A program made the translations under genes and the position numbers. The notes below the pieces were generated by a model. That model worked only from the letters and a program-made list of their open reading frames with translations, was not told where the DNA came from and ran no database searches. A stretch of 64,000 nt of DNA from Raillietiella orientalis. Lineage: Eukaryota. The stretch is taken from NCBI GenBank assembly GCA_036172245.1, contig JAYWIR010000009.1, positions 2,976,001 through 3,040,000 of the forward strand, read 5' to 3'. Below are positions 25,571 through 37,673 of the stretch, one piece after another (position 1 is the stretch's first letter; every line of letters begins with the position of its first letter).

Positions 25571-27184
25571 AGTCGGGTCTTTTTCCGACGCCTTCCCTGA
25601 TCGCTGCTTTCCTGTGCTTCCGCGCGAAGGATGCAGAAGGGGAAACGCGGACACGACGCAGAAAGAAGACGAAAACACCTTCCCGCGAACAGCGCCAGGT
25701 TCACTGTCTCCCGGAATCTCCCGAGGTCACGTGGCGCGCGAGCTTCTGCAGCCAGCCGAGCGAGCAGCGCGCCAAGAATGCTTCCCGAGACTCCCGGCGA
25801 TGACCGCACGTTTGAATTTCCAGCAAAGAAGCGGCCGAAAACGGAGCGGCGGTCTTCAAGGACGTCAGCACGGAGCACCCCGGCGTGAACTTCGCCGTGC
25901 TTTCGCCGCCGCTGCCCGCCGAAGTGCTCGGGAGAGCGCCTCTGCAGAACGCCCTGAAGAAGACTCCCTCGAAGGTAACTTAAAAGACCGCAGTCCCATT
26001 CGCAGGATCCCTCCTATATGTGCGTACGATTCGGGGGGGGGGGGGGAGGGAGGAGAGAATAGGGTGCAGGACGACTTGGTCCGACCCCGAGCAGCAAAAA
26101 CAGAGAGAGAGAGAGAGCAGCTCTTTTACGGGCGGACGAAACTGCTGCTGCTGTCAAAGGATTCTTCACGACCCCTCTGCTTATTAAAAAATAATAACCC
26201 GAAGTCAGCCTCGTGACATCATCCGCTTGCGATCACGGAGACCGCCAGCGCAAGGGGGCAGAAGGAAAGCAAATGGCCTTCCTCCCTCGACTGCGCACGC
26301 AGCCTTCTCACAAGGCGCTGACGTGAATTGGGAGCGAACGCAGGGGTGAAGCCCGCTGCGTCGCTGCTTGCCCGTAGGCCGCCCAAAGATCCGCTTCGTG
26401 GGACTCCCCCACCCTTCCCCCAGACAGGTAGGGGAGCGAACCGCTCACCAAGGCGTACCGGAAGAGCACGGTGGTTTTGCAGAGCGAACAGAAATCGCTT
26501 GTGGAGTCAACACCCGAAGAGGACGTTGACTCTTGGGACAGTTTCCGTAACGCTCCGTGCGCTCCTTCCTTGCACGCGCGGCGAGAAAAGAATTGGGGGA
26601 TAGGGAGAGTGGAAAGTGCTCTCCTACCCCATTCCAAGGGGAGGCCCTTGGAATCTGCGAAGGGGCGAATCCGGGGCGGCACGAGAAAGAGACCTTCCCC
26701 ACCCGTTTCGCGTAGGTGGCATCCGCGTGACTTCCACGGAAACCAGAGCGGTTGCTCCCATCGAGCGACGCACCGCAGCGTCGTCCTGGGATATGTCGAA
26801 AGGAAATCGCCAAGGAAGGCAAGTTCCCGGCTTTAGCCCCGGGCTGGGAGATGGCGAAACATCTCCCAGAAAGAATGGAAGGGAGCGGTGGCGCGAAAGA
26901 CGCACCCGACTTCGAAGCGACCACAGAGGAATCACTCGCTGAGCGAAGATGCTTTTCTTGAGGTGGACGCAACGGCCTCGCCGGAGGAGGCCACGTCTAA
27001 TAAGATGCGTTGGTGTGGCACCTGCGAGCATGGCCGGTGAACGACCAGGGAAGAAGCGCTGTTCCAACCAGCTCATTGCTGTACGGGGAACTCCATGTGA
27101 TACATGAACAAAATCCGGAAGATCAGGAGCAGCTGCGGGAGCACAGCTGAGAGAAAGAGACAGAAAGAGACGACGCAGGGGAGG

Positions 27185-27220
<36 letters not shown>

Positions 27221-27274
27221 AGTTCACCGGAAGACCAACAGGCCTTCCAAGATGCGTCTTTGTCCAATCCAGCA

Positions 27275-27640
27275 ACGGTTTGTCGTCAGATCCTTCATCG
27301 AACGGACTGGTAAACAAAAGTGTTGAAAATAATCGGTGAATCCGCCTTTATGAAACGCCCCCGAGGATGTTGTGATTGCCAAAGGTATTCCACACCACGA
27401 AATCGTCCACAAGAGTAGAGAAATCACGTACCGCGGGGTGGTGGGATGTTTCGCAAGATGGCGCGAAGCCATCCTGCGCGAGCTGGCACGGACCATCGAC
27501 ACGCATCTCATGAATGTGCTCTGCCTTTCTGCGGAGATTGGCGCCCCCCTCCCCCAAAGCACAAGTCTTCGTCGCTTCCTGCTGAATCTTTCGTACGTTT
27601 GGGAAAAGACTGCGCGGATTAACTTAGGCAAGCAGTGGAG
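27275..27640 (+). mobile_element. hAT (Buster/SPIN-like) transposase relic
   Basis: Degenerate motifs in order: CRQILHRT./LVNK (HCI+HR.AL..K), FMKRP (FIK.RP), HHEIVHKSREITYRGVVGCFARWREAI (LL.H...RWLSRG.VL.RF..LR..I) and FLLNLSYVWEKTARINLGKQ. Confidence 0.35.
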
Positions 27641-28555
27641 GATCACACGTGTGTTCGGAATACCTCATCTTCCCCGGCGACGGGTGCGGAGGCTGCCTCG
27701 CCGAAGCGGTCAGCGCCAAAAGCGACCGCCAGCTGCGGAAGAAGAAAACTCGTGGAAAATCGAATCCGAACCACACAGCTCCGTCGACGTCAGCTTCCGC
27801 GTTACGGAAAAGAACCGCACGAGTTGACTTGGCGGTGGATGGAATGGACCACGACCGCGAAACGCGGCACCTCGAGATGCAGCACAGGAACGAGGTGTGG
27901 TCGCTTGGTTCCAGAGCGAAGCGGAAAAAGCAGGCAAGCCCGCTCGTTCCAGACGAGTACACTCCACGAAAACACCCCCGGAGCAGGAGCGTACGAGACC
28001 AGCCTCCGCACATATGAAAGACCGAGGAAGAAGCAGATGCGACTGCAAAAACACTTGAATGCTGAATTTGTAGGAATGCAGGAGCTTCGGAAAGTCTGAC
28101 TGAATAAAAAAGGCAGAGACAGTTACCAATGTTCACTCGTGGGAACCCGATACACTTCAGTTGTACGAAAAAAAAATAAAAAAAGAAGTTCCTATGTGGA
28201 ACATCAGGTTACAAGCGCCAACAGCTAACGATACAAACTTGCCAGTACAGCTTCTGATGGCAGTTCATATTGTACAGGTGGTGAAGAGGCACTGAGAAAA
28301 CACTCAAAAGTCAAGCCACGAGGCTGCTCTGCGTGTTAAGCAGACCCTCTGCTTTCTCAAGACGAGAAAAAAAGGAAAAATGTCACTGCAGACTTGCAGA
28401 TTTTGTTCGAGGACGCAGCCTGGATCACATGAACGAAAGATACGGAGACCGAACCTCCGAAACTCCCCCCCATCGGACACGGGTCACGGAACCGGCTCGG
28501 TGGAAGGACGCGGCTTCGAAACGGCAGCGAAAGACTAAAAAGCAACAGCCTTGTA

Positions 28556-28925
28556 CAGTGGTACCTCGGTACTCGTCGGCAATTCGTTCCGGAACTCGTG
28601 ACGAGTGCCGAACGAGTTCCTTCCCGGGCGTCGTGGTGTGTCGTGTTTAACCGTTTTAGGACCCACGATTAATGCTTAAAATGCACAGAAAGCACAAAAA
28701 AAATAAATAAATAAAAATAAAAGGGAACGATTCGGGAGGCACTCTATGGAAGTGTTCGGGACTGTTCGCCTGCTAAAGCGTTCACCTGTTTTTCATCATG
28801 AGGGTGGGGTGTGTGTCGAGTTCCGAGCATGCGCCGAGTGTCGAAGCATTTTTTGTGTTCTCATCAAAATGCGACGAGCAGCGAGTTCGACGAGTCCCAC
28901 AAGGTCGAGTACCGAGGTGTCACTG
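28556..28925 (+). mobile_element. Tigger/pogo-like MITE, copy 1 (370 bp)
   Basis: Terminal inverted repeats TA|CAGTGGTACCTCGGTACTCG ... CGAGTACCGAGGTGTCACTG|TG. CAGT termini with a TA flank are typical of pogo-family elements. Non-coding. Confidence 0.8.
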
Positions 28926-29331
28926 TGCTTGAAAACGAGATGAGCACAGCTTTCCCCATCTCAAGAGTGGCTATCTATCCGGAAAATAACGAGACCTTTC
29001 CGTTGCCTGGCTACAGCGAACGCATGGTGTTTGTCTTTCCCGGGAACGATATAATCCTACCGAAGGAAGTGGACTTCGGGCTACCAGAAAGGTCAGGGCA
29101 AGCAAGAACGCGCTCCGATGCGAAATCAATTTACACAAAAGCTTCCTTTTCTCCCCCACTCCCCCTTCGGGGCGCGTGGCCAAGGAATCCACTCGCTTCT
29201 CAATTTCGCGACGAGTGACCCCACTGCGTTTGCGCTTCATTGCACGAAGAAGCGCTCGTGCTTTTCTTCTTTCATCCAGAACTTGCCCCGACGTCAGGGG
29301 GTAAGGAGAGGAAGAGGGATACTTTGTTTTT

Positions 29332-29333
<2 letters not shown>

Positions 29334-29383
<50 letters not shown>
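29334..29383 (+). repeat. Poly-T run of about 50 nt in the spacer between the two MITE copies
   Basis: Directly visible. Confidence 0.9.
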
Positions 29384-29385
<2 letters not shown>

Positions 29386-29887
29386 GACGAGACACACCGT
29401 ACCGATAGGGATGAGCTGACGAGAATCCCGTGATGCCACTCCGCAAGGCAGAGGGACCAACGTCGGATGGGAGCTTCGACGGAAGATGATGGTCTCCTCC
29501 GACAGCAGCTGCTCCACAGCGCCACGGTAACGCGTGCCCTTATGAGCAGGGGCCAACCGGAAATGCACCCTTGAAAACCGTGTGTACCTTTCGTGTAACC
29601 TGGTGTATCTTCGCACAGAAAGTACATCGGCATTCCACTTTCGTGAAATTGTGTACTTCACCGTGCTGAGGGCATTTCACCCCCCTCCCCCTGTCATAAT
29701 TGCGCGAAAGCATTTGGCACCAAAGCTGGCCCGCTGTGGAAGAACCACGGCTTGTGGAAGGTCGAATGGGAGCCACGCAGTCCTCCGTCGACTCGCGTTC
29801 CGAAAGAGCCACACGGTTGATTTGGAGAACGGAATGAGCCACCGGACTCGAAATCTCCGTGTTTGGGGTCAGGCTTTTTCCCAACCA

Positions 29888-30259
29888 CAGTGGCACCTCG
29901 GTACGCGACGGTGTCGCAACACGTCAAACTCGCTGCTCGTCGCATTTTGATGAGAACACAAAAAATGCTTCGACACTCGGCGCATGCTCGGAGCTCGACA
30001 CACACCCCACTCTCATGATGAAAAAACAGGTGAACGCTTTAGCAGGCGAACAGTCCCGAACACTTCCATAGAGTGCCTCCCGAATCGTTCCCTTTTATTT
30101 TTATTCATTTATTTTTTTTGTGCTTTCTGTGCATTTTAAGCGTTAATCGTGGGTCCTAAAACGGTTAAACACGACACACCACGACGCCCAGGAAGGAACT
30201 CGTTCGGCACTCGTCACGAGTTCCGGAACGAATTGCCGACGAGTACCGAGGTACCACCG
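29888..30259 (-). mobile_element. Tigger/pogo-like MITE, copy 2, inverted relative to copy 1 (372 bp)
   Basis: The reverse complement aligns end to end with 28556-28925. Confidence 0.8.
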
Positions 30260-30726
30260 AGGTACTTGCCATTGCGATCCAACTGCGGCATGAAGTCTAC
30301 CTGAAGGAGTTCGCTTTTTGGGAGGAGCAGAGCGTAGAGAGACTCCGTCTGTGGGAGGGGGAAAAAAAAAAAAAAAAAAACCTGAACTGCCTCCTTTCCG
30401 GAAAGGCATGGAACTGGAAGCTTTCGCTTGAAAAGCCTTCCAAACCGGGAAAACCGAGGTTCCGGTTCGAAAATCCGGGACCGACGGGCTAGCGTCTCCA
30501 TCCCACTGCTTTTCGAATCCAGGACCAACGTGCGGGAGTTGCGCGAGGCGACCATTCGCCGTGCCTGTAGGCTTCAGAGACGTACGAAGAGAAAAAGCTC
30601 TTCAACGGAAAGGGTGGAGCGCTGGACACCAGCAAACGTACTGCTAGGAGTGACTCCCCCTCCCCCCTCCCCAAATAAAGAATTAGCTATGGCACGGGAA
30701 AGATTCCAAAGAGGATTAGGACACAC

Positions 30727-30880
30727 GTGGCTAATTTATCTGGCTTCTATTCCAACGGGAAGACCTGCCACGCTGGCCTTCCAGAACTTTTCAACCATCG
30801 GGATATCCCGAAATTCGAGTTTCAGATTAGCAAATGGAGAGCCTCGCCACCAAGATTGGATCCTCTACTTTCAACGTCTC
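30727..30880 (+). mobile_element. Possible Tc1/mariner (maT/DD37D-like) transposase relic
   Basis: FYSNGKTCHAG..HRDIPKF..KWRASPPRLDPL resembles FQQDGA.CH.....+P.F....WP..SPDLNPL with similar spacing. Catalytic residues are lost. Confidence 0.3.
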
Positions 30881-33200
30881 CATCGCCACCAGCCAGAGAA
30901 GTAATCAAAGCGCATCAAACCGGCCAAACGCACTTTCAAACGAAAGCGCCCTGCGAAAGGAGGGCGCTTAATCATACGGGCGTCTTCCCACTTTGGCAGC
31001 GGCCTTTACGACGAAGCTAAAAATTCCCTCGTTCCGGTTTACATCGACAAGGAGGCATCGATTTTGCGCGGATCATCTCCAGCGATTACCAGAACCATTC
31101 TCCTCGAGGATCCCCAGTGATCCTCAAATGCGAAAATGCTTATCGGTCTCGTCATCGTATGGTCCACGGGGTAGATCACCGCTTTGCTCTCCGAAAGCTC
31201 TTGGAGTTCAGAGTTTACAAGATCAACGGGAAAGTGAACCCTGCGTTTATTTCTCTTTTCGGCGGAGCACGAGGGGGGCTGCTGCCCACCACTCTCCTCT
31301 CCCTCTGAATTTCGAAAAGGGCTCTCGAAAGTGCGCAATTTTTTCGCAAACCTTCCAGCAGGCCACCATCGCCGAGCGAAGGTGATGCTGCACAGCAGCA
31401 TGCTGAAGACGTGAGGAATCGATTCCGGAGGTCTCAGGCGAGAACAAACGGCTCCCCCTCGCGTGCTGTGCCCACATCGAAGCAGCGACGGAAACCACGC
31501 TCTTCGCGGCGAAGACCAGACGCCGCCGCCGGGCACCAACCTGTCGCCCTGGAGAAGAATGAAAGACTCCCGCCGGTCTCTCCCTCCGTCTGCAAAGGGC
31601 GGACTGCAAAACGGCAGAAACGGTCGGAAAACGCGGAGGGACAAGAAGGCCAACGGGCAGCGACGGAGCTGCACGTTGGCAGTCGTGGGGACAGAGATGC
31701 GCCGCGGCGATGGAGTCGTGCTGACGCGAATCGACTAGGACGAGAGATGACCACACGCTGAAGCGATTAAGGATACGGAGGCCAACCGTGCCGCCGAGAG
31801 GCAGTCGAACAGCCTAGCGAGGGAAAGGGCAGCAACACCACGCCACCTCCGGGGCTTTGGAGGGGCGGAAGCGTTTGGAAGAGGGACGGCGACACGCAGT
31901 GGAAATACCACGTGTCCTCAAGACACGTGATGGAAGAGTGCGGACTCGGTACGCTGATTGTGTCTGGAACACGGGGCGTGGTGCGAGTTGCACTCATACC
32001 TAAAAAAGGTGGGGCGATCAGCTGCTTGAGCGCTTCTGTTTTCCTTTTCCTGTTAAAGGAAACCGACAAAATGGGTTCAGCAGAAAGCGGATAATTGGGA
32101 ACTTAAACATCGCACAGTTTCGATAAAATTGGTTGCTTCGAAGAGGAATTGCGGGTGGAGTGGAGGGACAAACCCGCAGCAGTTCAAACTCCAACCACTT
32201 CGTGTGCCTCGGTGGTTTCGTGGAACTGCCACGTCGGAGAGCCCTGAGCAACAGCAGGGAAGTCAGCCCGGACGCGGCTGCCGTGTGCGAATTGCCTGCG
32301 CTTTGAATTGAATTCCTCTTTCCGAAGAAGCGTCCGGGGTCCTTTACGTCGATTGGAGAGGACAAAGAAAGAGGCGGAGGGGAAAGCGGGGGGGGGAGGC
32401 AAACGACGAGAACCGTTCTCGACGATAGCCTTAGTCGATTTTGCTATTCAGAGAACGAAGAAAGTAAATGTGTGAAAAGAGGTCATCAAGCTCTGCCCCT
32501 AATGACTCTCAGAAGCTTCACGATGCGCGTGAAAAATAGGTCCTTATCTAATGTTATGGATCCGCATCGCTTTACTCGTGCGGCAAGAACTGCATCTACC
32601 GGAGACGTTTGTCCCCAGCATTCTCTTCACAATTGCAGCATGAACTGCACGTTTCGTTCATCTCACGTCTCGTTATGAAAAAAGCCAAAAACAAAAACAA
32701 AAAAAAAAAAAACATTCGTTCATTACGTTTGTCGAAACGCGAAGAGCACCATCGCGCAGGCACGGAAACCAACTGAAGACGAGTCGCTGCAAATCCAATC
32801 GGCAAGCAAAAGCACTGTGAATGCAAATGCCAAAGTCACGCCCGACGGCTCCCACGTCCAACACATTGGAACGCCGCTAAGTACGTCCTTTGAGGGAATG
32901 GCGCTGACGGCAATCGTGTTGTTGTTCGTGGAAACTCGGGATGCATGATCTGGGAGCACGGGAAGAAGGGCTCGGAAGGCGAGCCTCGAGTGAAAAAAGG
33001 ACTCCCATGAACAAGGCGAGTGGCACCAAACGACGTGGAGGAGGAGGTCGTGTACCAGGAGTGAGGCGCCGTTCCGTCTTGATCAATACGGAAAGGCGCA
33101 AATGCATACATTATATGGTTGATTACGTGCCGCCGTGAATCGGGAAATTATTCAGCACGCCCGGAGGGGGAGCGGAGAGCACCCGGGCACTAAAAAAAAT

Positions 33201-34586
33201 ATGCCCACTCTCTCCGACAGGCCCCCTCCGCAAGACGAGCTCGAGGATTTTAATTACTCCCATAACGAGGATGCATCAGCGCACTATGTATGTGCTCTTT
33301 TCCAACAGATTTGCTCCGGCAAAGTGAGGGAGCAGCTCTATTTCACTCTGGTCGACGACCATTCCTTGCTGAGTGCTTCCATCCCGATTCTGTCGGTCCG
33401 ATTTGCGTTCTTCCTGCTTGTTTTGAACGTCCTGCTGCCGGGAACAGGTAAGCAGTCGGGGACACGAGGAATCTGCGCACCGTTTACGTGCACCTGATTC
33501 GTACTCACCATGCCAGTGTACATGCGCGGCAGCTGCGCACGCGCGCACCCGTTGCCTTTCGAATTTTGGGGGGGGGGTCTTCTTGCAGGCCCGCCACGTG
33601 GGGCCCCGCAAACGACCGGTACGCCGTGAAGCGGTTTCGATTCGCGCCCGATGCAGCACGCTTTTAAGATTGGCACAGCAGGGAGCACACCTGGCGGCAT
33701 TTCTGGCCACTGGAACCGCAACTTTCGCAGTGATTCCGCGAAGTCTGTCCTGGCTTCGGTGTACACCGCCCTGCGCAACATGTACACGCGCGCGCGGAAC
33801 CACCCACGCGTGCGCCGCCGAGCCGAGGAATCTTCGAGAGACACGGTCGGTTCCAGCTTCGAGATGAGGTCGCCCGTCTCCTGGCAGCGGCGTACACATT
33901 CCAGGAGAAGGTGACCGCGCAAAGGCGAGGTCTCCCTGGTGCTGACACTGGAATCGAAAGCTTCGGCTGGCCGCTGGATGGTGCACGACACTGGAACGGG
34001 AAACCTTTTGGTTTCCTTGTCCCTGAGGCTTCGTTCACGCGACTGCCCTCCTGCCAAGGGAAACACTTTCATGAGCCTTACGTTCAATCAAAATCAAAAA
34101 CACGCATTTTTGGATGTTTCTTTCTATTTTGAACAGTTCTACAGCACAGTTCTACACTGATATACAATGAAGCAGCGCCTGCTCTTTTTTTCACCGTCCC
34201 CGGATGCCTTGCATTGCAGGTTTTCTAAAGTCTTTTAAGATGTGAAACATTTTCATTCTTCGTTTGCACACGAAAACATTCTCGCACCTGCACTTGATGC
34301 GACACAACACTTCTACGAAAGAAACATGTTCAACACTTTCTCTCTGTCTCCATTAGAAATTCATAGAATATTCTCCTTACATTCTTTAACATGGCCCTGC
34401 TCGGGTTCTGCAGTTTAAAAAATCTTCTCTAAACGAAATAACGCAGCTCTTTCAGGATGGAATAGTGGGAACACTGAAACAAAAATCCGCAGAGCAGAAA
34501 TGGTGCACAGATTTCGCAACTCTAAAAGAAACGCAGGATACACTTTCCATCACAACACTTTCATGCAAACAAAAGACGAAAACCGC

Positions 34587-34619
<33 letters not shown>

Positions 34620-35887
34620 CGCACCACAGCTTTCATGATACACCACCCACAGCCGTGCAACTTTCCAAGATACCCCCAGGCCACCAAACGAAGGGATGTC
34701 CGGTGGCACTACTGGACAGCACACGCACACACACGTCGAAAACGGGAACGTTGGCAGCCGTGGAGAAGCCCAGAATCACGACGTAGATTTTCCGCTTATC
34801 CCACGCGATGAGACTGCGAACTCTCTGAAACGCCGGAAGCCACGACAACCCCAAACCAGGAAGCTCTCCACCCATTTCTGGAAAAATCCTGCTCCCGTTG
34901 GCAAGTGCGGAAGACAGTGGGTTGCGTGCGACCTCTCGCCTTGTAACGGGGTTTGGTTCGCTTCCGCTTACATCCCAACCTCCGGCATTGGAATTTCATG
35001 GAAGGATGCGGTACTGCGGTGGTCACCGTTTCAAGCTCGTGGCGACCCTTTGCGCCTGGTCCACGTGCTTCGAAACGAATTGCAGACCTCGGGTCGCATA
35101 AGAAACGGCCTTCGCATGCTTTTTTTTTTTTTTTCGTCTTTTTCGCTTGGCAGCGGCGCACGGGCGAATCGATAGCCACGAGTTCTGAAAAGCAGTTAAA
35201 CTCATTTCAGGAACCGTTCTGAGCGGCTGGTGTGTCTTGTTTTGCGGTCGAACAAGATACAGTGCCACACAAAAATCCGGAGACAGATGCTTGGCTGCCA
35301 CCGTTAATACGATCGTGGGTTTTCTCCAGCTATTTACGATTACATTCTGTTTGGTCGGATGGATATGGAGCATCATCTGGGGAATACTTATGGTAACATG
35401 GGCAAGTACGTTATGTGATTACCTCCATTGCCGAGAGCTTTCGATGATTCGTGACACACACGAAAAAAAAAAAAAAAAAAACACTGCCGTTGAAACGAAC
35501 AGCACGAGAAGGATTCGATGTTGTTTTCGAAAATCGCCCGGAATGCTAATCGCAACGGGAAGGAGACGAGGGAGGAGGGCGCAGCGGAAGGGGTAAACAC
35601 GGGGACAGCGAAGTTAAGCTTGGAGTGCTCTGGGACCGGAAGCGTGAAAAGCTACCAAGAAATCCACCGTCCACCACCACCACGACCACCACCTGCCCTG
35701 AACGGAAAACGAGCCACCTCAGCGAAGGCTCAACGAGTAGGGGGATCAGCGCAGACTTGATGGACACTCGCCGTCGTCGCATCCCATTTCATAGTGTGCG
35801 TGCACTTCAGTGTCGGTACGCATTCCGTCTCCGATACGCATGCCGAAAGTTACGTGAAATCCTTGCACAGTTTCCAAAGGATGCTGA
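33201..35887 (+). CDS. stum: Protein stum homolog (Spec3-domain membrane protein), about 152 aa
   Basis: Exon 33201-33447 (..SIPILSVRFAFFLLVLNVLLPGT G|GTAAGC) and exon 35211-35405 (TTTCAG|GTVLSGWCVLFCG..NTIVGFLQLFTITFCLVGWIWSIIWGILMVTWA|GTACGT) join in phase 1. Candidate last exon 35871-35887 (ISKGC*). The N-terminus is uncertain because a good acceptor at 33308 could mean there is an upstream exon. Confidence 0.85.
34586..34614 (+). repeat. (CA)n microsatellite in the stum intron
   Basis: Directly visible. Other simple repeats: (CT)n about 15472-15493, (GA)n about 27188-27215, (TA)n about 36430-36463, (CA)n about 59130-59150, (TG)n about 61687-61709 and 62538-62563, (CA)n 63971-64000. Confidence 0.9.
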
Positions 35888-37116
35888 GAATTGTGCATAT
35901 ATGCATCGCTCTTCCGACTGTCAGCCACCGCGACGGGGATCCGATCTCGATCACACCGCTCCTGGATGTCTGTCAGACTGGGACCCTTTCTTTTGGGGAG
36001 GGGGGCCTGGAATACCGCTATCGCTTGGCTTTGGATTCAGGGTAGGAAAAAAAAAAAAAAAAAGTTACAAATCCTTCGTGTGGCTGTCCTTGTGTTTGGA
36101 CTTCAACAACACCTTTAGCACTGCTGCACCCAACACATGCCGTATTCTAAATAGCTGCCTTCCACGAACTCGCTGCCGCCGTCTGCGCACTTTGTGGGTT
36201 TCTTACGTTAACGCCAAAGGAAAGAAAGAAAGAATAACGCGCAAACAACCCACCGCTGACTTGCGGTGTGAGGTGGCAGAAAGGGCAAACCCCACAACTG
36301 GATGCGTTTCGAGTGAATGGCCACGAAAGGCAAAACTCTGAGAGTCCACGTGTAAACCTCCCTAATCAATAACAACAGATGCAAAGGTCGCAGCAACCAA
36401 CGTCGTACATTTGCCTCTTTTTCCTCTCTCATATATATATATATACATATATACACACATATATTTAGCTTTGGACACGTGGTCTACCACCGTATTTGCA
36501 AGATCCTTAAGAAGGATGCAGGATCACGTTAAGGGAACTTGCGGGAGGTGAAACTCACGGACCCCCGCAACCTCCGTACCACGAACAACAACGGACTGGG
36601 GCTTCCGAGAAAGAGCTCCTCCCCGAACCGACCGCTGGGCACTCTCCGTTTTACGATCTGTTTGCCTGCAGTCTTCGTTATGCAATCCGAAAGTCTGCGC
36701 CGCAAAATGCCAAGTTGGTGGACGCACTTCGTGCAGGAACACGCTCAAGGGTGAGAGGAGCTTGGAATTACCTTTGCAAGAGCTGCTCGCTCGAGCCCTC
36801 CCCGCCTCGCTACACCAAGACGTACTGAGAAAGCACAGGGAACGGCAGTTTCTGCCTCGATTCAGATCGTGATCCTCCAAAACACACTTCGCATCAACCC
36901 CGGAGGCCTTCAATAGCAACACGGATTACTCTTGGAAACGGACGTTTCGCAACGCTAAGACCGTACACAGTCCTTCCCAAAACAGAACTGAAACCGTGCT
37001 TATTCACCTTACATCACCTCAAACGTTTCTGGGATTCACGTTTGCGGAAAAAATAACTGTGAATGTCAATTTCGTGGGTGAGAGTACATGCCATCTATCA
37101 TTACAACAGTTTGAGT

Positions 37117-37122
37117 TTTATT
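37117..37122 (-). promoter_or_regulatory. Likely polyadenylation signal (AATAAA) of hnRNP L
   Basis: TTTATT on + about 550 nt past the stop codon, at the end of a U-rich 3' UTR and close to the compositional boundary. Confidence 0.55.
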
Positions 37123-37673
37123 TCACATACAGAATAATAATACCTGACTTGAAAATACCTGGAAATACCTGACTCAAGTACGATTTTTAAAGACTTTCTT
37201 CTGCTATGTGAACGTAGAGTCCTCCTTTCTTGTGAATCAAGATCCATTCCTCTTTCAATAAAATGGAAGGGGGAAGGGGGAAGGAAGAGAAAAAAAAACA
37301 AAAAACAAAAAACAAAAAAAAAAAGGGGGTGAACAAAAAAACAAAAATTTCTATGCACATAACAACACTTAATATTATGTTTCATGAAAACGACTGCTAG
37401 CATAAATGTGAAGTGTGACACTTCACACGGGAGGGGGGGGGGAGGGAAGGAGAAAAAAAAAAAAAAAAAGGTACGAATACTTGTACTCTGTGCTTCTCAA
37501 TAATACCCGTTTCAGAAGAGTACCAAAATATAAAATGCCAGCAAGCCAACAATGAGAGATCGAGCACACCTCCCCAGCATACGTAGATTTGCTGAAGCCC
37601 AATTACCACAAATGAAAGACGACATGGCAGACAAGCACGTTTACTTTGGACAACATATACTCCATGACAAGTC

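Noticed and set aside
124..33100. Hundreds of overlapping 60-415 aa ORFs, for example 2986-4233, 16264-17319 and 16670-17674
   Set aside because: They are R/P/G/S-rich, present in all six frames and lack recognisable domains, as expected from stop-codon scarcity in GC-rich repeat DNA.
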